Notes: generated by a model not told the origin, from the letters alone. Shown: positions 28,323 through 39,346, numbered from the stretch's first letter. The stretch: 64,000 nucleotides of DNA from Phycisphaerales bacterium UBA5793 (GCA_002418285.1 DIDT01000037.1:37491-101490), one strand, 5' to 3'. A program made the numbers and translations.

Positions 28323-28501
28323 GCTGAAAATACGCGAACGGGCTGCGCGAGTCAATCCGGACAACAACCGTGCGACGTCGATCTGAGGTAAAACGCCGAG
28401 ATCGAACGCAACCATGACCCGAAAACAAAAGGTAGTGTGCCGGCACGACGAGCCGAGCCGCCAACCCCGTTTCCCCCCTCCTCGCGTACCATTCCACGCA
28501 C

Positions 28502-29842
28502 ATGTCTGAACCCAATACCCGCATTCCTGATCTGCTGCGCAAGGCCCGGGCCCTGCCGCGCTCGCCCGGCGTCTACCTCATGAAAGACGACAAGGGTCGG
28601 GTTCTGTACGTTGGCAAGGCGTCGAGGCTGCGCGATCGGGTGAGTTCCTACTTCATCCCCTCGACCGACCTCGGCCCGCGCAAGCAGCCCATGCTCGACG
28701 TCGTTCACGACTTTGACACGATCGACTGCGAAAGCGAGTGGGAAGCCCTGCTCGCCGAGAACCGCCTCATCAAGGACTTGCACCCCCACTACAACGCCTT
28801 CCTGACGGATGACAAGACCTTCCCATACCTCGCCGTCACACTGCGCGACGACTTCCCCGGAGTGTTCATCACCCGCAACCCGTCGGACCCCAAACTCAAA
28901 GGCGCCAAGTTCTACGGCCCCTTCACGACCGGCTACGCGCTCCAGGACGCGGTCAAGATGCTCCAGGGGGTGTTCAAGTACCGCACGTGCAGTCTCGACA
29001 TCCTCTCAGGCGACCCGCGCAACAACACCTTCCGTCCCTGCCTGCTGTACACGATCGGCCAGTGCACCGCCCCGTGCGCCAACAGGATTGACAAGGAAAC
29101 ATACCGCGAGGACATCCGCCGCTTCATGCGTTTTCTTGAATCAAAGCGATCGGCAATGATCCGCGAGCTGCGCGAGGAAATGGAGCAGGCGAGTGCAAAA
29201 CTCGAATTCGAACGCGCCGCGGTGCTGCGCGACCAAGTCCGCGCCATTGAGAAACTCGACGATCGTGGCCGCATCACTGACGGCTGGCAGCCCGAAGCTG
29301 AACTCATGGTCGGCATCGATCCCAAACGAAGCCTGCGCAGCCTGAAGCGCACGCTCAAACTCGACGCCGACATCCGCTGCATCGAAGGCATTGACATCGC
29401 CCACCTGCAGGGCGGTGAGACAGTCGGGTCCAAGGTCTGCTTCGTCGACGGTCGGCCGTTCAAGGAGGAATACCGCCGCTACAAGATCCGCACGGTCGAC
29501 AACGACGACTACATGGCCATTCGCGAAGTCGTCTCGCGCCGCTACCGTGACGCCGGCCAGGGACACGAGCTTTACCCCGATGTCATTCTCATCGACGGCG
29601 GACTCGGCCAGTTGCACGCAGCGCTCGAAGCCTTTGAAACGCTCGACGTCAAGCCGCCAATGGTCATCTCGCTGGCGAAGAAGGAAGAACTGATCTACAT
29701 CCAGCGCCAGAGCGAACCCATCCGCCTCGGCCGCGAAAACCTCGGTCTGCGCCTCTGCCAGGCGATTCGCGATGAAGCGCATCGCTTCGCCCAGCACTAC
29801 CACCATGTGCTGCGCCGCAAAAAAACCCTGGGGGAGAAGTGA
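28502..29842 (+). CDS. uvrC: Excinuclease ABC subunit C (UvrC), short form lacking the C-terminal (HhH)2 domain
   Basis: GIY-YIG is 'GVYLMKDDKGRVLYVGKASRLRDRVSSYF'. The Cys-rich segment is 'YRTCS...RPCLLYTIGQCTAPC' and the UVR domain is 'LREEMEQASAKLEFERAAVLRDQVRAIEKL'. The RNase H/EndoV-like domain is 'IEGIDIAHLQG...DVILIDGGLGQL...RDEAHRFA'. The protein ends after 446 aa, right after 'HYHHVLRRKK'. Confidence 0.85.
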   Translation: MSEPNTRIPDLLRKARALPRSPGVYLMKDDKGRVLYVGKASRLRDRVSSYFIPSTDLGPRKQPMLDVVHDFDTIDCESEWEALLAENRLIKDLHPHYNAFLTDDKTFPYLAVTLRDDFPGVFITRNPSDPKLKGAKFYGPFTTGYALQDAVKMLQGVFKYRTCSLDILSGDPRNNTFRPCLLYTIGQCTAPCANRIDKETYREDIRRFMRFLESKRSAMIRELREEMEQASAKLEFERAAVLRDQVRAIEKLDDRGRITDGWQPEAELMVGIDPKRSLRSLKRTLKLDADIRCIEGIDIAHLQGGETVGSKVCFVDGRPFKEEYRRYKIRTVDNDDYMAIREVVSRRYRDAGQGHELYPDVILIDGGLGQLHAALEAFETLDVKPPMVISLAKKEELIYIQRQSEPIRLGRENLGLRLCQAIRDEAHRFAQHYHHVLRRKKTLGEK

Positions 29843-29849
29843 GTTCGGC

Positions 29850-30275
29850 TCAGTCGTACTTGGCGCGCGAGATGGCCAGATACACGAGCACGATCTCAAC
29901 CATGATGGTGATGTAGAACGGCGTATCGCTGCCCAGCAGGTACGACAACTCAATCATGGCCAGCACAAACACGGCGTTGAGCGCATGCAGCCATATCAAT
30001 GCACCGGGCGAGGCGCCCTTACTCCATCGCGCGATCACCCCGGCCACGAGTCCCGGCCAGCTCGCCACGCACCACAGAAACCACGCAATCGGCCAATCGG
30101 TAAACCCCGTCAATCCCAGCAACCGTTCATTCACCAGCAGCACGAGGCCGACTCCCGCCGCGTATCCGATCAGGGTGAAGATGATAAACCCGAGCACGCT
30201 GCATTGTTGGCGCGATTCGCGGACAAAGTGCCTACCCTCCCGCTTACCGCCTGCGTTCGCACCCCAACGCATCAC
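29850..30275 (-). CDS. Small integral membrane protein (hypothetical)
   Basis: 141 aa with 4 predicted TM helices ('VLGFIIFTLIGYAAGVGLVLLV', 'WPIAWFLWCVASWPGLVAGVI', 'LIWLHALNAVFVLAMI', 'ITIMVEIVLVYLAI'). It is convergent with uvrC. Confidence 0.5.
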   Translation of the reverse strand: MMRWGANAGGKREGRHFVRESRQQCSVLGFIIFTLIGYAAGVGLVLLVNERLLGLTGFTDWPIAWFLWCVASWPGLVAGVIARWSKGASPGALIWLHALNAVFVLAMIELSYLLGSDTPFYITIMVEIVLVYLAISRAKYD

Positions 30276-30295
30276 TCCACAAGGGAGATTCAGCC

Positions 30296-30778
30296 ATGCC
30301 CGACTACCCCCAAGTTGAACTCGACACCGAATTCGGCGCCATGACCGTCGAACTCTGGAACGATGTCGCGCCCAACCATGCCGCCAACTTCATCAAACTC
30401 GTCGACGACGGCTTCTACGACGGCCTCACGTTCCACCGCATCATCCCCCAGTTCGTCATTCAGGGCGGCTGCCCCAAAGGCGATGGCACCGGCGGCCCGG
30501 GCTGGAGCGTCAAGGCCGAGTTCAACAATCGCAAGCACGAGAAGGGCGTCCTGTCCATGGCGCGCAGCAGCGATCCCAATTCAGCTGGAAGTCAGTTCTT
30601 CATCTGCCTGGGCCGCGAACACTGCCGGCATCTCGACGGACAGTACACGGCCTTCGGCAACGTGATCGACGGCATCGAAGTCGTCGACCAGATCGCCGCC
30701 ACGCAGGGCGCCGGCCAGGAAGAGGGGCGCACAGGCAATGCCCCGCGCATCAACTCCGCCAAGGTTATCAAGCGCTAG
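30296..30778 (+). CDS. Cyclophilin-type peptidyl-prolyl cis-trans isomerase
   Basis: 'FHRIIPQFVIQGGCPKGDGTGGPG', 'GVLSMARSSDPNSAGSQFFICL' and 'HLDGQYTAFGNVIDG' are the classic cyclophilin signature. Confidence 0.9.
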   Translation: MPDYPQVELDTEFGAMTVELWNDVAPNHAANFIKLVDDGFYDGLTFHRIIPQFVIQGGCPKGDGTGGPGWSVKAEFNNRKHEKGVLSMARSSDPNSAGSQFFICLGREHCRHLDGQYTAFGNVIDGIEVVDQIAATQGAGQEEGRTGNAPRINSAKVIKR

Positions 30779-30782
30779 CGCA

Positions 30783-32684
30783 TCAGAACCGGTTCGGCAA
30801 GATGATCGTGCTGCCCGCCTTCGGGTCCGCCCAGCGCCGCCATTGCGTGTGATAGGTGTCGTCGTTATCCGCCACCTCGATGTTGAAGGGCACTTCCTGA
30901 CCAGGCTCACCCACCAGATCGAGCGGCACCTGGATGATCACCCCGTATCCACTGTTGCTCTCAATGGTGTCCCAGGTGATGCGCGACTCGCGCTCGAGCG
31001 TGTATGTGAACTGATCCGGTTTGTTCAGCACAGCGTGTGCCGTCGCTCGCCACGTTGGCGAGGAGCCATCCGTTGTCATGGGTTCGATGAGGTAGATCCT
31101 CTGATTCTCGCCCGAGCCGATGCGCACCACGATTGCATCTGAGACCGGGTTGGCCACGCGAACCGTCGCATCGTCTTCCGCCAGATAGCACGGCACGTCA
31201 TCACGAGCCGCCACGGCAATGTTGAGGCTTCCCTCGTGAATCGAGAGGCCAATGTCCGGGTTCGGCTCGGGCAGGTCATACACGTCGTACTTCCACGAGC
31301 ACGCCATCATGTCCACCACTCCGTACGGCCCAACCACGTAGCGCATCCGCAAAGGCACTCGGCAACGCAATTCCACCGGCACCTGCCGGCCCTTCGAATC
31401 TTCGAACGTCGCCGTAAAGTTGAATTCGGGCGGCAGGATCATGCGCGGCTGCACTTCGCAGCGCACCGCCAACTCCACATCCGTCCACTGGCCGGGCGCA
31501 ATCGTCACCGGCGTCATCGGGCCAACCTGCCGAAACGGCGTGGCAATATCGCTGACGTAGGTATTCAGAATGTCCTGTTGCGTGCGATCGACGAGGTTCA
31601 ACCCCGGCACCGTCTGATCGGTCGGAGCCGCATTGAACAGACCGCCGACGACGGTGATCGGCACATCGATCGGATTGCTGAACTTGAAACGCACCGACTC
31701 GCTGATTGGCCCGCGGACCGGCTGATCGAGCACGGTCAGACACTCGACAGCCTGATCGCCCTTGAGTCGAAACGAACGGTTCTGATCAACCGCCAGAAGA
31801 AAGTCATCGGGCAACGTGGCGCCAACGCCCTGGAAGTACATCCCGACATGGCCATCGTCGCCGATGCGCAACAGTGCGAGGTGCTGCATCTGCCCGGCGA
31901 GCGGCCCCTGGTCGACCATTCCGCCACACGTGCCGATGATCTGGTACTGCACACCATCGCGATCATGGTCCTTCTGCACACTGTGGAAGTGGCCGGCGAT
32001 GACGAGCACGTCGACACCCGATTGCCGGGCCCCGGCCAGCACCGCGTGAATCTCATCCCAGTGCGAACTGCGATACCGCCACGCGGGCTTGTGCATGAGC
32101 ACGATGATGGGCTTGTGCGCAATCGATGCCACCCTGATCTGTCCCGTTGCCCACTCAATCTGCTCGTCGCTGAATACCGGCGCCGACTCGAGTTGCTCAT
32201 CGCTGTAGAGCGCCAATACCGTTGCAAAATCAAAGTGCGCCGCGAAGTACAGCGGGCCGAATCGTTCTTTGTACCGATTCTCGAACTGGTGATCGTCCGG
32301 ATTCCGAAAACCGGAAATGACATCGTGATTGCCCGCGATTGGAAAAAACGGCGCCTGCAACTGGTCAACGATTTTGAAGTAGGCATCCGCCTCGGCGTCA
32401 TATGTCGTCATGGAGCGCGTGTAGCCCTGCACCATGTCGCCGATTGTGAACACCGCCTGCGGCTGAGTGCGATTCAGATCCTCGATCGCCTTGCTCAGGT
32501 AGGGCATGCCCCAGTCGCGGCCTGCGGTGCGGTCGGGCAGAATCGCCAGCGTGTGAACCACCGACGTGTGCTCGGGTGCGGGCAGGGCTCGGCCGTCGGT
32601 CCCCGCATCGATGCGTGTCTGCCCGAACGCCGAAGAAACCACGAGGCAAAGGAGTAGGAGACAGGTGGCAAAATACCGTTGCAT
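30783..32684 (-). CDS. Secreted calcineurin-like metallophosphoesterase with large C-terminal beta-rich extension
   Basis: The signal peptide is 'MQRYFATCLLLLCLVVSSAFG'. Metallophosphoesterase motifs are 'ILPDRT', 'TIGDMVQG', 'AGNHD', 'VLMHKP' and 'AGHFH'. An extra about 330 aa follows at the C-terminus. Confidence 0.7.
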   Translation of the reverse strand: MQRYFATCLLLLCLVVSSAFGQTRIDAGTDGRALPAPEHTSVVHTLAILPDRTAGRDWGMPYLSKAIEDLNRTQPQAVFTIGDMVQGYTRSMTTYDAEADAYFKIVDQLQAPFFPIAGNHDVISGFRNPDDHQFENRYKERFGPLYFAAHFDFATVLALYSDEQLESAPVFSDEQIEWATGQIRVASIAHKPIIVLMHKPAWRYRSSHWDEIHAVLAGARQSGVDVLVIAGHFHSVQKDHDRDGVQYQIIGTCGGMVDQGPLAGQMQHLALLRIGDDGHVGMYFQGVGATLPDDFLLAVDQNRSFRLKGDQAVECLTVLDQPVRGPISESVRFKFSNPIDVPITVVGGLFNAAPTDQTVPGLNLVDRTQQDILNTYVSDIATPFRQVGPMTPVTIAPGQWTDVELAVRCEVQPRMILPPEFNFTATFEDSKGRQVPVELRCRVPLRMRYVVGPYGVVDMMACSWKYDVYDLPEPNPDIGLSIHEGSLNIAVAARDDVPCYLAEDDATVRVANPVSDAIVVRIGSGENQRIYLIEPMTTDGSSPTWRATAHAVLNKPDQFTYTLERESRITWDTIESNSGYGVIIQVPLDLVGEPGQEVPFNIEVADNDDTYHTQWRRWADPKAGSTIILPNRF

Positions 32685-32827
32685 GGGTCGCTCCGCGCGA
32701 GGATCACTTGGACTGAATCCCCCAACGGTAGCGTCCCGCCGCCAGATGTGCCCGCGAGTGGCACGTCACAATCGCGCAAGAAACCGCGCGGTCTCGCGCC
32801 GGCCGCAACAATCGAGATCGCCTGAGC

Positions 32828-34660
<1,833 letters not shown>

Positions 34661-34693
34661 TTTCTCCTTCCGACCTGATCCACCCTCGAACTC

Positions 34694-36610
34694 TCAACCC
34701 GCCGTCGCGCCCGCACCGTTGGTGCCGGTGGGCGCAAGCCCTTTGGTCCGGCGGGCAAAGCGAACGGCGTCGCCGCCAATCGCCCGGAGCTGATTCAACT
34801 TCGACGCCGCCTGATCCAGATCCGACTCTGACGACGCCGCAGGCGTCACCTGCGCGCGATAGGCGGCAACCTGCATCATCCGATGCAGCGCGCGAACGTG
34901 CTCGATGAAGTGTTCAAGCACTTCAGCCGCGTCGTCGCCAACCTCACGATGCAGGCGCATCGTCCACGACGCCGCTTCATTGGCCAGCGAGGCCTCCAGC
35001 CCCGCGGGCACGCCACTCGACCGGCGCACGCCGCTGATCGCCGACTCGCGCACGGCGTCAAACAGGCGCCGAGCTTTCGGCCAGACAAAGTGTTCAGTCC
35101 GCAAGGCCGCAACCATCTTGTCATCGCACTCGAGCAAACTCGGCGAATGCAGCAGACAGGCGACAATGCGCATCTCCGCTTCAACGCGGCGAGGCTCAAT
35201 GCTGACAGGCAACTCGCTCGCCGCGTCCGCTTCGTCCTGCTCGAACTCCCGTCGGGGTCGTGGTTTGGGAATTGATCGCAGAAGTGTCTCCGCGGGCAGT
35301 TGCACGATTTCACTCAGTCTCGCCAGCATGAGATCTCGCCGAAGCGGTGTCATGCGATGAAAGCCAAGGGACCCCAGCCTGGTCAGAAACGCCTCGATCA
35401 CCCGCTGCCGAGCCGAAAGCCCGGAGGAGCCGGCTGCGAGCTGTGAGCGCAACGATGCGAACAGAAACGCGAGCGCGTCAACGGACTCACCGATCACGCG
35501 GCGCCACGTATCCACGCCATCCGCCATCTCGAGGAGTTCCGCCGGATCGGCGCCGCCCGGCAGCACGGCAATACGGACGTCGATGGGCGACTCAAAAAAC
35601 ACCTCGACGGCGCGATCCGCCGCCTTCTGTCCCGCCACATCGCCGTCGAACACCAACACCACGCGCTCGCAAATTCGCGCCAGCAATCGGGCGTGATCAT
35701 CCGTCAGCGCCGTACCCAGCGTCGCCACGACGTTCTCGACCCCGCGCTGATGACACGCGATCACATCGGTGTAACCCTCGACGATCACCGCGGTCTTGCT
35801 CTTCTGAATCGCGGGCCGGGCCAGGTGCAGGCCATAGAGCGTGCGCGATTTCTTAAAGCGCGGATGTTCCGGACTGTTGAGATACTTGGGCTCATCATCA
35901 GGATCGATCTTGCGCGCGCCAAATGCGATGGGCCGCGCGTGCTCATCGAAGATCGGGAACATCAGCCGGTTGCGGAATCGATCCACAAACCCAGTTCCGT
36001 CACGGCGCGGCAGCAGCAGTCCGATGGCCTCGTACACGCTCAGAGCCAACTCCTTGCCGCTGAGCGTGCGTGCGAGTCCATCCCAGACGCTCGGGTCCGT
36101 TGGCGCGATGCCGAGTTCAAAGCGATCAACCATCGCCTCGTCGATGCCGCGCTCGGCAAAGAGCCGACGTCCAATAGCGCCGTGTCGCTCGTGTCGCAGC
36201 AAAGTGCGAAAGAACGAAAGGGCCTGGCGATGTGCCTCGACGATCTGCGTCGTCGAGAACCCTTCGACTGCGTCATCCGCACCAGCCTCGCCATTTGCAC
36301 CTGACGGCTTGAATGGCGTGAGTTCGATCCCCGCACGGTCGGCCAGGAACCGCAGTGCCTCGCCAAACTCGATGTGCTGATGGAGTTGCACGAATCGAAG
36401 GGCGTCGCCACCCGTGCCGCATGCAAAACAGTGGAAGATGCCCTTGTGGGGCACGACGAACATGGAAGGGTTCGAATCGTCGTGGAACGGGCACAGCCCC
36501 TTGAACTCGCGCCCCGAAGGCCGGAGGTTCACATGCTCTCCGATGAGTCGGACAATGTCCGTTGCGTCGAGCACATTCTGCACGTCATTGTTGCGGTAGG
36601 TCTGCGTCAC
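34694..36610 (-). CDS. dnaG: DNA primase
   Basis: The zinc finger is 'GLCPFHDDSNPSMFVVPHKGIFHCFACGTGGD'. The RNA polymerase core and TOPRIM are 'AVIVEGYTDVIACHQRG...VVLVFDGDVAGQKAA'. It lies immediately upstream of rpoD on the same strand. Confidence 0.95.
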   Translation of the reverse strand: MTQTYRNNDVQNVLDATDIVRLIGEHVNLRPSGREFKGLCPFHDDSNPSMFVVPHKGIFHCFACGTGGDALRFVQLHQHIEFGEALRFLADRAGIELTPFKPSGANGEAGADDAVEGFSTTQIVEAHRQALSFFRTLLRHERHGAIGRRLFAERGIDEAMVDRFELGIAPTDPSVWDGLARTLSGKELALSVYEAIGLLLPRRDGTGFVDRFRNRLMFPIFDEHARPIAFGARKIDPDDEPKYLNSPEHPRFKKSRTLYGLHLARPAIQKSKTAVIVEGYTDVIACHQRGVENVVATLGTALTDDHARLLARICERVVLVFDGDVAGQKAADRAVEVFFESPIDVRIAVLPGGADPAELLEMADGVDTWRRVIGESVDALAFLFASLRSQLAAGSSGLSARQRVIEAFLTRLGSLGFHRMTPLRRDLMLARLSEIVQLPAETLLRSIPKPRPRREFEQDEADAASELPVSIEPRRVEAEMRIVACLLHSPSLLECDDKMVAALRTEHFVWPKARRLFDAVRESAISGVRRSSGVPAGLEASLANEAASWTMRLHREVGDDAAEVLEHFIEHVRALHRMMQVAAYRAQVTPAASSESDLDQAASKLNQLRAIGGDAVRFARRTKGLAPTGTNGAGATAG

Positions 36611-37078
36611 ACTTTTTCAGCCGCTTGGCTTCCCTCTTCATGGAACCGATGGTCAACACCCCGCGAATCTACTTCCGCCAGGGACTGGGCTGAGGGTGCG
36701 CACGCGCAATCTCGCAATGCAACACGGCCGCAGGCGCGAAAAGTAGTCGACACAAAGCACCCACTTCGGCTCCCCCACCCCCCCTTTCGGGTGGCCGAGA
36801 CGGCGTGCGCAGCGCCTTCGATCGTGCTCAGTTTCGACTACCGATAACGACTTCCTCAGGTCCAGACCCGAAAACGGCCCACCTTCATCCAATAGCATAT
36901 GAAATCTACACCAGATGCGGAACGGGTCAACCAAAACGGTTGATTTGTCAGCGTAACCGGAAGAATCGTGGAAGTTCGCCCAATTTCACCATCCACAGCC
37001 ACGGCCGTTCCGTAGCCACTGCGACGACTCCTGACCCGACTCTCGCTGGCCAAGATCTCCTGTCGCGGCGTATCTAGC

Positions 37079-37124
37079 GCAGACCCCCGAGGAACAGAGC
37101 GCAGGATCGCTCTGACGGGTCTGC
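37079..37124. other. Nested two-tier hairpin in the rpmB-dnaG gap (function unknown)
   Basis: The outer 8-bp stem pairs GCAGACCC (37079-86) with GGGTCTGC (37117-24). The inner 7-bp stem pairs CAGAGCG (37095-101) with CGCTCTG (37108-14) around a 6-nt loop. All pairs are Watson-Crick. The strand of any RNA is unknown. Confidence 0.3.
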
Positions 37125-37399
37125 GGATACCACCCTCAAGCGAGCCGGGGCATCGCTGGCGCCATCCGGGTAATGAACCACGACCGCCGGGCGGCCACCG
37201 GATCGATGCAGGCCCATGTGTCCATCACGAAGTCGCCCGATGGCTACTCCCTTTCCGTCGGGAAATGCTGGCCACCGCGGTGCGCAACATCAACGACGGC
37301 TACGACTGCACGCTCTCGCACGCGTGCGACTTCGCTCAGGGGTCTGCCAACACCAGCCTTGCCGGACAGTCGGCCGCGACTACTGAACGGCCTCCCTCG

Positions 37400-37433
37400 A
37401 ACCGGAAAAGCTCGCCAACCGGAAAAGCTCGCC
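37400..37433. repeat. Perfect 17-bp tandem duplication (AACCGGAAAAGCTCGCC x2)
   Basis: Read directly: 37400-37416 and 37417-37433 are identical. The repeat lies in the apparently non-coding rpmB-dnaG gap, inside the weak ORF 37380..37667(-). Confidence 0.9.
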
Positions 37434-37678
37434 CTCCGCCAGTTTGCCGAATAGCTGATGCCCACGCCCGGTCGAACAAGTCATCCAGACGTCGAGACGA
37501 TGCGCTGCCACGGATTCTCCGATAAGTAGATCCACACTACCGCTCGGGTCGTCGGGTATTTCAACTACATCAATCGAATCGCCGTCACCTCGGGTGTCGA
37601 TCCGGAGCCGCGGCTGGCGCCAACGCGCAAGCCGTGGCTGGCTCGACAGGGACGATGGCCCAGCCACCGCCGATGATG

Positions 37679-37712
37679 AAAAAGCACACCCCGGCCATCA
37701 GGACCGGGGTGC
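37679..37712 (-). terminator. Rho-independent terminator downstream of rpmB
   Basis: On the minus strand, the 8-bp stem CACCCCGG/CCGGGGTG (37687-94 / 37704-11) is followed by TTTTT (complement of A5 at 37679-83). It lies about 30 nt after the rpmB stop. Confidence 0.6.
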
Positions 37713-37743
37713 AGCAGAGTCGAAATTGGGTCGCGTCGGGTCT

Positions 37744-38016
37744 TTAGCCCTGCTTCTGCTGCTGGGCGGTATAGGTGTACTTGCGACGCGGGGCCTTGAC
37801 CACCAATCCGGACTTGATCGCCCGGGTGCTGACGCGCATCTTGGTCGGCACGCCGTTCACCAAAGATGTCACATCCTGAAGATTGGGCTTGAACGTGCGG
37901 CGAGCGATCGAAGTGACCTTCTTGCCGATTCCGCCGAGGTACTTGGCTTTGCCGCGGTACCGAACCCGGTTTCCACGGGTGGTTCCGACGCCGGTGATGT
38001 CGCAAACGCGGGGCAT
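37744..38016 (-). CDS. rpmB: 50S ribosomal protein L28
   Basis: 90 aa. 'MPRVCDITGVGTTRGNRVRYRGKAKYLGGIGKKVTSIARRTFKPNLQ...MRVSTRAIK' follows the L28 pattern (M-x-R-x-C-x-x-x-G-K ... R-x-F-x-P-N-L-Q). Confidence 0.9.
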   Translation of the reverse strand: MPRVCDITGVGTTRGNRVRYRGKAKYLGGIGKKVTSIARRTFKPNLQDVTSLVNGVPTKMRVSTRAIKSGLVVKAPRRKYTYTAQQQKQG

Positions 38017-38260
38017 GGGAGTGTTCTCCTGTCAGGCGGGCCGCCAACTTGCGCCACCCGCTCGTCAAAGTTACCAGATTTTGATGATAGTGCCTCCCCC
38101 GGCAAGGGTCAAAGACTCGCAACGTCGCTTGGAGGGGCTTGGCCGAGCTTAGATGGAACTCCCGGTCTGCCTCCGCTGGCGCCAAGCTCGCGGTTGACGC
38201 GGATTGCTCTTCAGCAGCCGTCAGCAAACTATAATGCCGTCTCCCCGAGTATGAGGCACC

Positions 38261-39313
38261 GTGGCGGGCTCGCACCCAATGGCCGAGACAATGGCAGAAT
38301 CACCTCCCCAGACCGCGACCGAGCGGGTCGGCCCGTTGCTGGTTATCGCTGGCATGTCGCGTGGCGGAACGACCTGGACCGGAAAGTGCCTCAACGAACA
38401 TTCGCAGGCTGCGGTCTTTGGTGAGTCGCTCTTTTGGGGACGGCGCTATTTCCCGCCTCAAGCCGATGGACGCTATGACCCCGCCGACACCGCCGCTGTG
38501 CTTGAGTCGCTACGCACCGGTTTCAAACACTTCGTCGGTGATGGCCCCGGCCACCTCAAGAACGTCACGCTTGAGAATGGCGGCGAGATCATCAAGAGCG
38601 TCGCAGCACAACTTCCGCCGCGCCCGACCCCGTATGAAGTATTTGCAACCTACGGCCGAGAGATCGCCCGCCGCGAAGGCAAAGCCACGTTTGTCGAAAA
38701 GACGCCTCACAGCATTCTTTGGATCGATCGCATCATCGCACAGGCGCCTGATCTGCGCATGCTTGTTCTCGTGCGCAATCCCTACGACTTCATGCTGTCC
38801 TACAAGCATCAGGGTGATCGAAAGTCCGCCGAAGTGCGCCAGACGTTCCAGGAAGTCTACCACCCCTTTGGTTGTGCGATGGTGTGGCGCGGTTACGCGC
38901 GAGCAGCGCTCAAGGCGCGAGACGTCTACCCCAAAGAGACGCTGCTCATTTCATTTGAAGAGCTTACCGCGCCCAAGTCCGGCGCGATCCAACGGCTGCA
39001 GGAGTTCTTCGGATTGCCCGTCGAACCAATTGAGGAAATGGTCCCAACCGACAACACCTCTTTCCCGGGGGGCGAGCGCCCCAAACTCACGCCCGTTGAT
39101 CTGTTCTGGATGAATCTCATCGCGCGCCGGTGGATTCGCACGTTGGGCTACGAGAAACGTCCAACACCCGTCGCGCCGCTCAAGGTGCTCTGGTCGCTGG
39201 CGACGCTCCTGCCGTGGGCGTGGAGGTCGTATCGTTACGTCGCCTCGACGCGGCGCGACTCGACGCTCAAGTACCTGCTCAATTGGGTCCGGCCGCGGAT
39301 TGGCAATCGATGA
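38261..39313 (+). CDS. Sulfotransferase-family protein (1 of 3)
   Basis: The 5'-PSB-like loop is 'LLVIAGMSRGGTTWTGKCL' and the 3'-PB-like motif is 'MLVLVRNPYDFMLSY'. The start is uncertain (GTG 38261 or ATG 38279). A perfect TATAAT lies at 38230-38235 upstream. Confidence 0.7.
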   Translation: MAGSHPMAETMAESPPQTATERVGPLLVIAGMSRGGTTWTGKCLNEHSQAAVFGESLFWGRRYFPPQADGRYDPADTAAVLESLRTGFKHFVGDGPGHLKNVTLENGGEIIKSVAAQLPPRPTPYEVFATYGREIARREGKATFVEKTPHSILWIDRIIAQAPDLRMLVLVRNPYDFMLSYKHQGDRKSAEVRQTFQEVYHPFGCAMVWRGYARAALKARDVYPKETLLISFEELTAPKSGAIQRLQEFFGLPVEPIEEMVPTDNTSFPGGERPKLTPVDLFWMNLIARRWIRTLGYEKRPTPVAPLKVLWSLATLLPWAWRSYRYVASTRRDSTLKYLLNWVRPRIGNR

Positions 39314-39346
39314 TCCGCCTTCTCGACCTGCCAGTGCCGCGCCTGA

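Noticed and set aside
31236-32657. 473-aa plus-strand ORF
   Set aside because: It is antisense to the metallophosphoesterase gene, which has a signal peptide and GDxxQG/GNHD/GHxH motifs. The product is Arg/His-rich.
36468-36478. T-arm-like 'GGGTTCGAATC'
   Set aside because: It lies inside the dnaG zinc-finger coding region (encoding ...HDDSNPSMF...), and no acceptor or anticodon arms surround it.
37380-37667. 95-aa ORF (minus strand, GTG start) and neighbouring 60-90-aa ORFs in the rpmB-dnaG gap
   Set aside because: There is no SD, the amino-acid composition is poor and no motif is recognisable. The ORF begins just 12 nt downstream of the rpmB terminator T-tract (37679-83). It is left uncalled but flagged in the findings because of the 17-bp duplication.
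36611-37743. Looked for tRNA, tmRNA, RNase P RNA and SRP RNA hallmarks in the large gap
   Set aside because: None was found on either strand by eye: GGTTCGAATCC-type T-loops, 'GAGGAAAGTCC', 'GGAAGGAAGCAGC', or a tmRNA 3' end. This cannot be excluded without a covariance-model scan.
38230-38235. Perfect TATAAT hexamer upstream of sulfotransferase 1
   Set aside because: No acceptable -35 lies at 16-19 nt spacing (TTGACG is 30 nt upstream). It is mentioned in the feature evidence but not annotated as a promoter.
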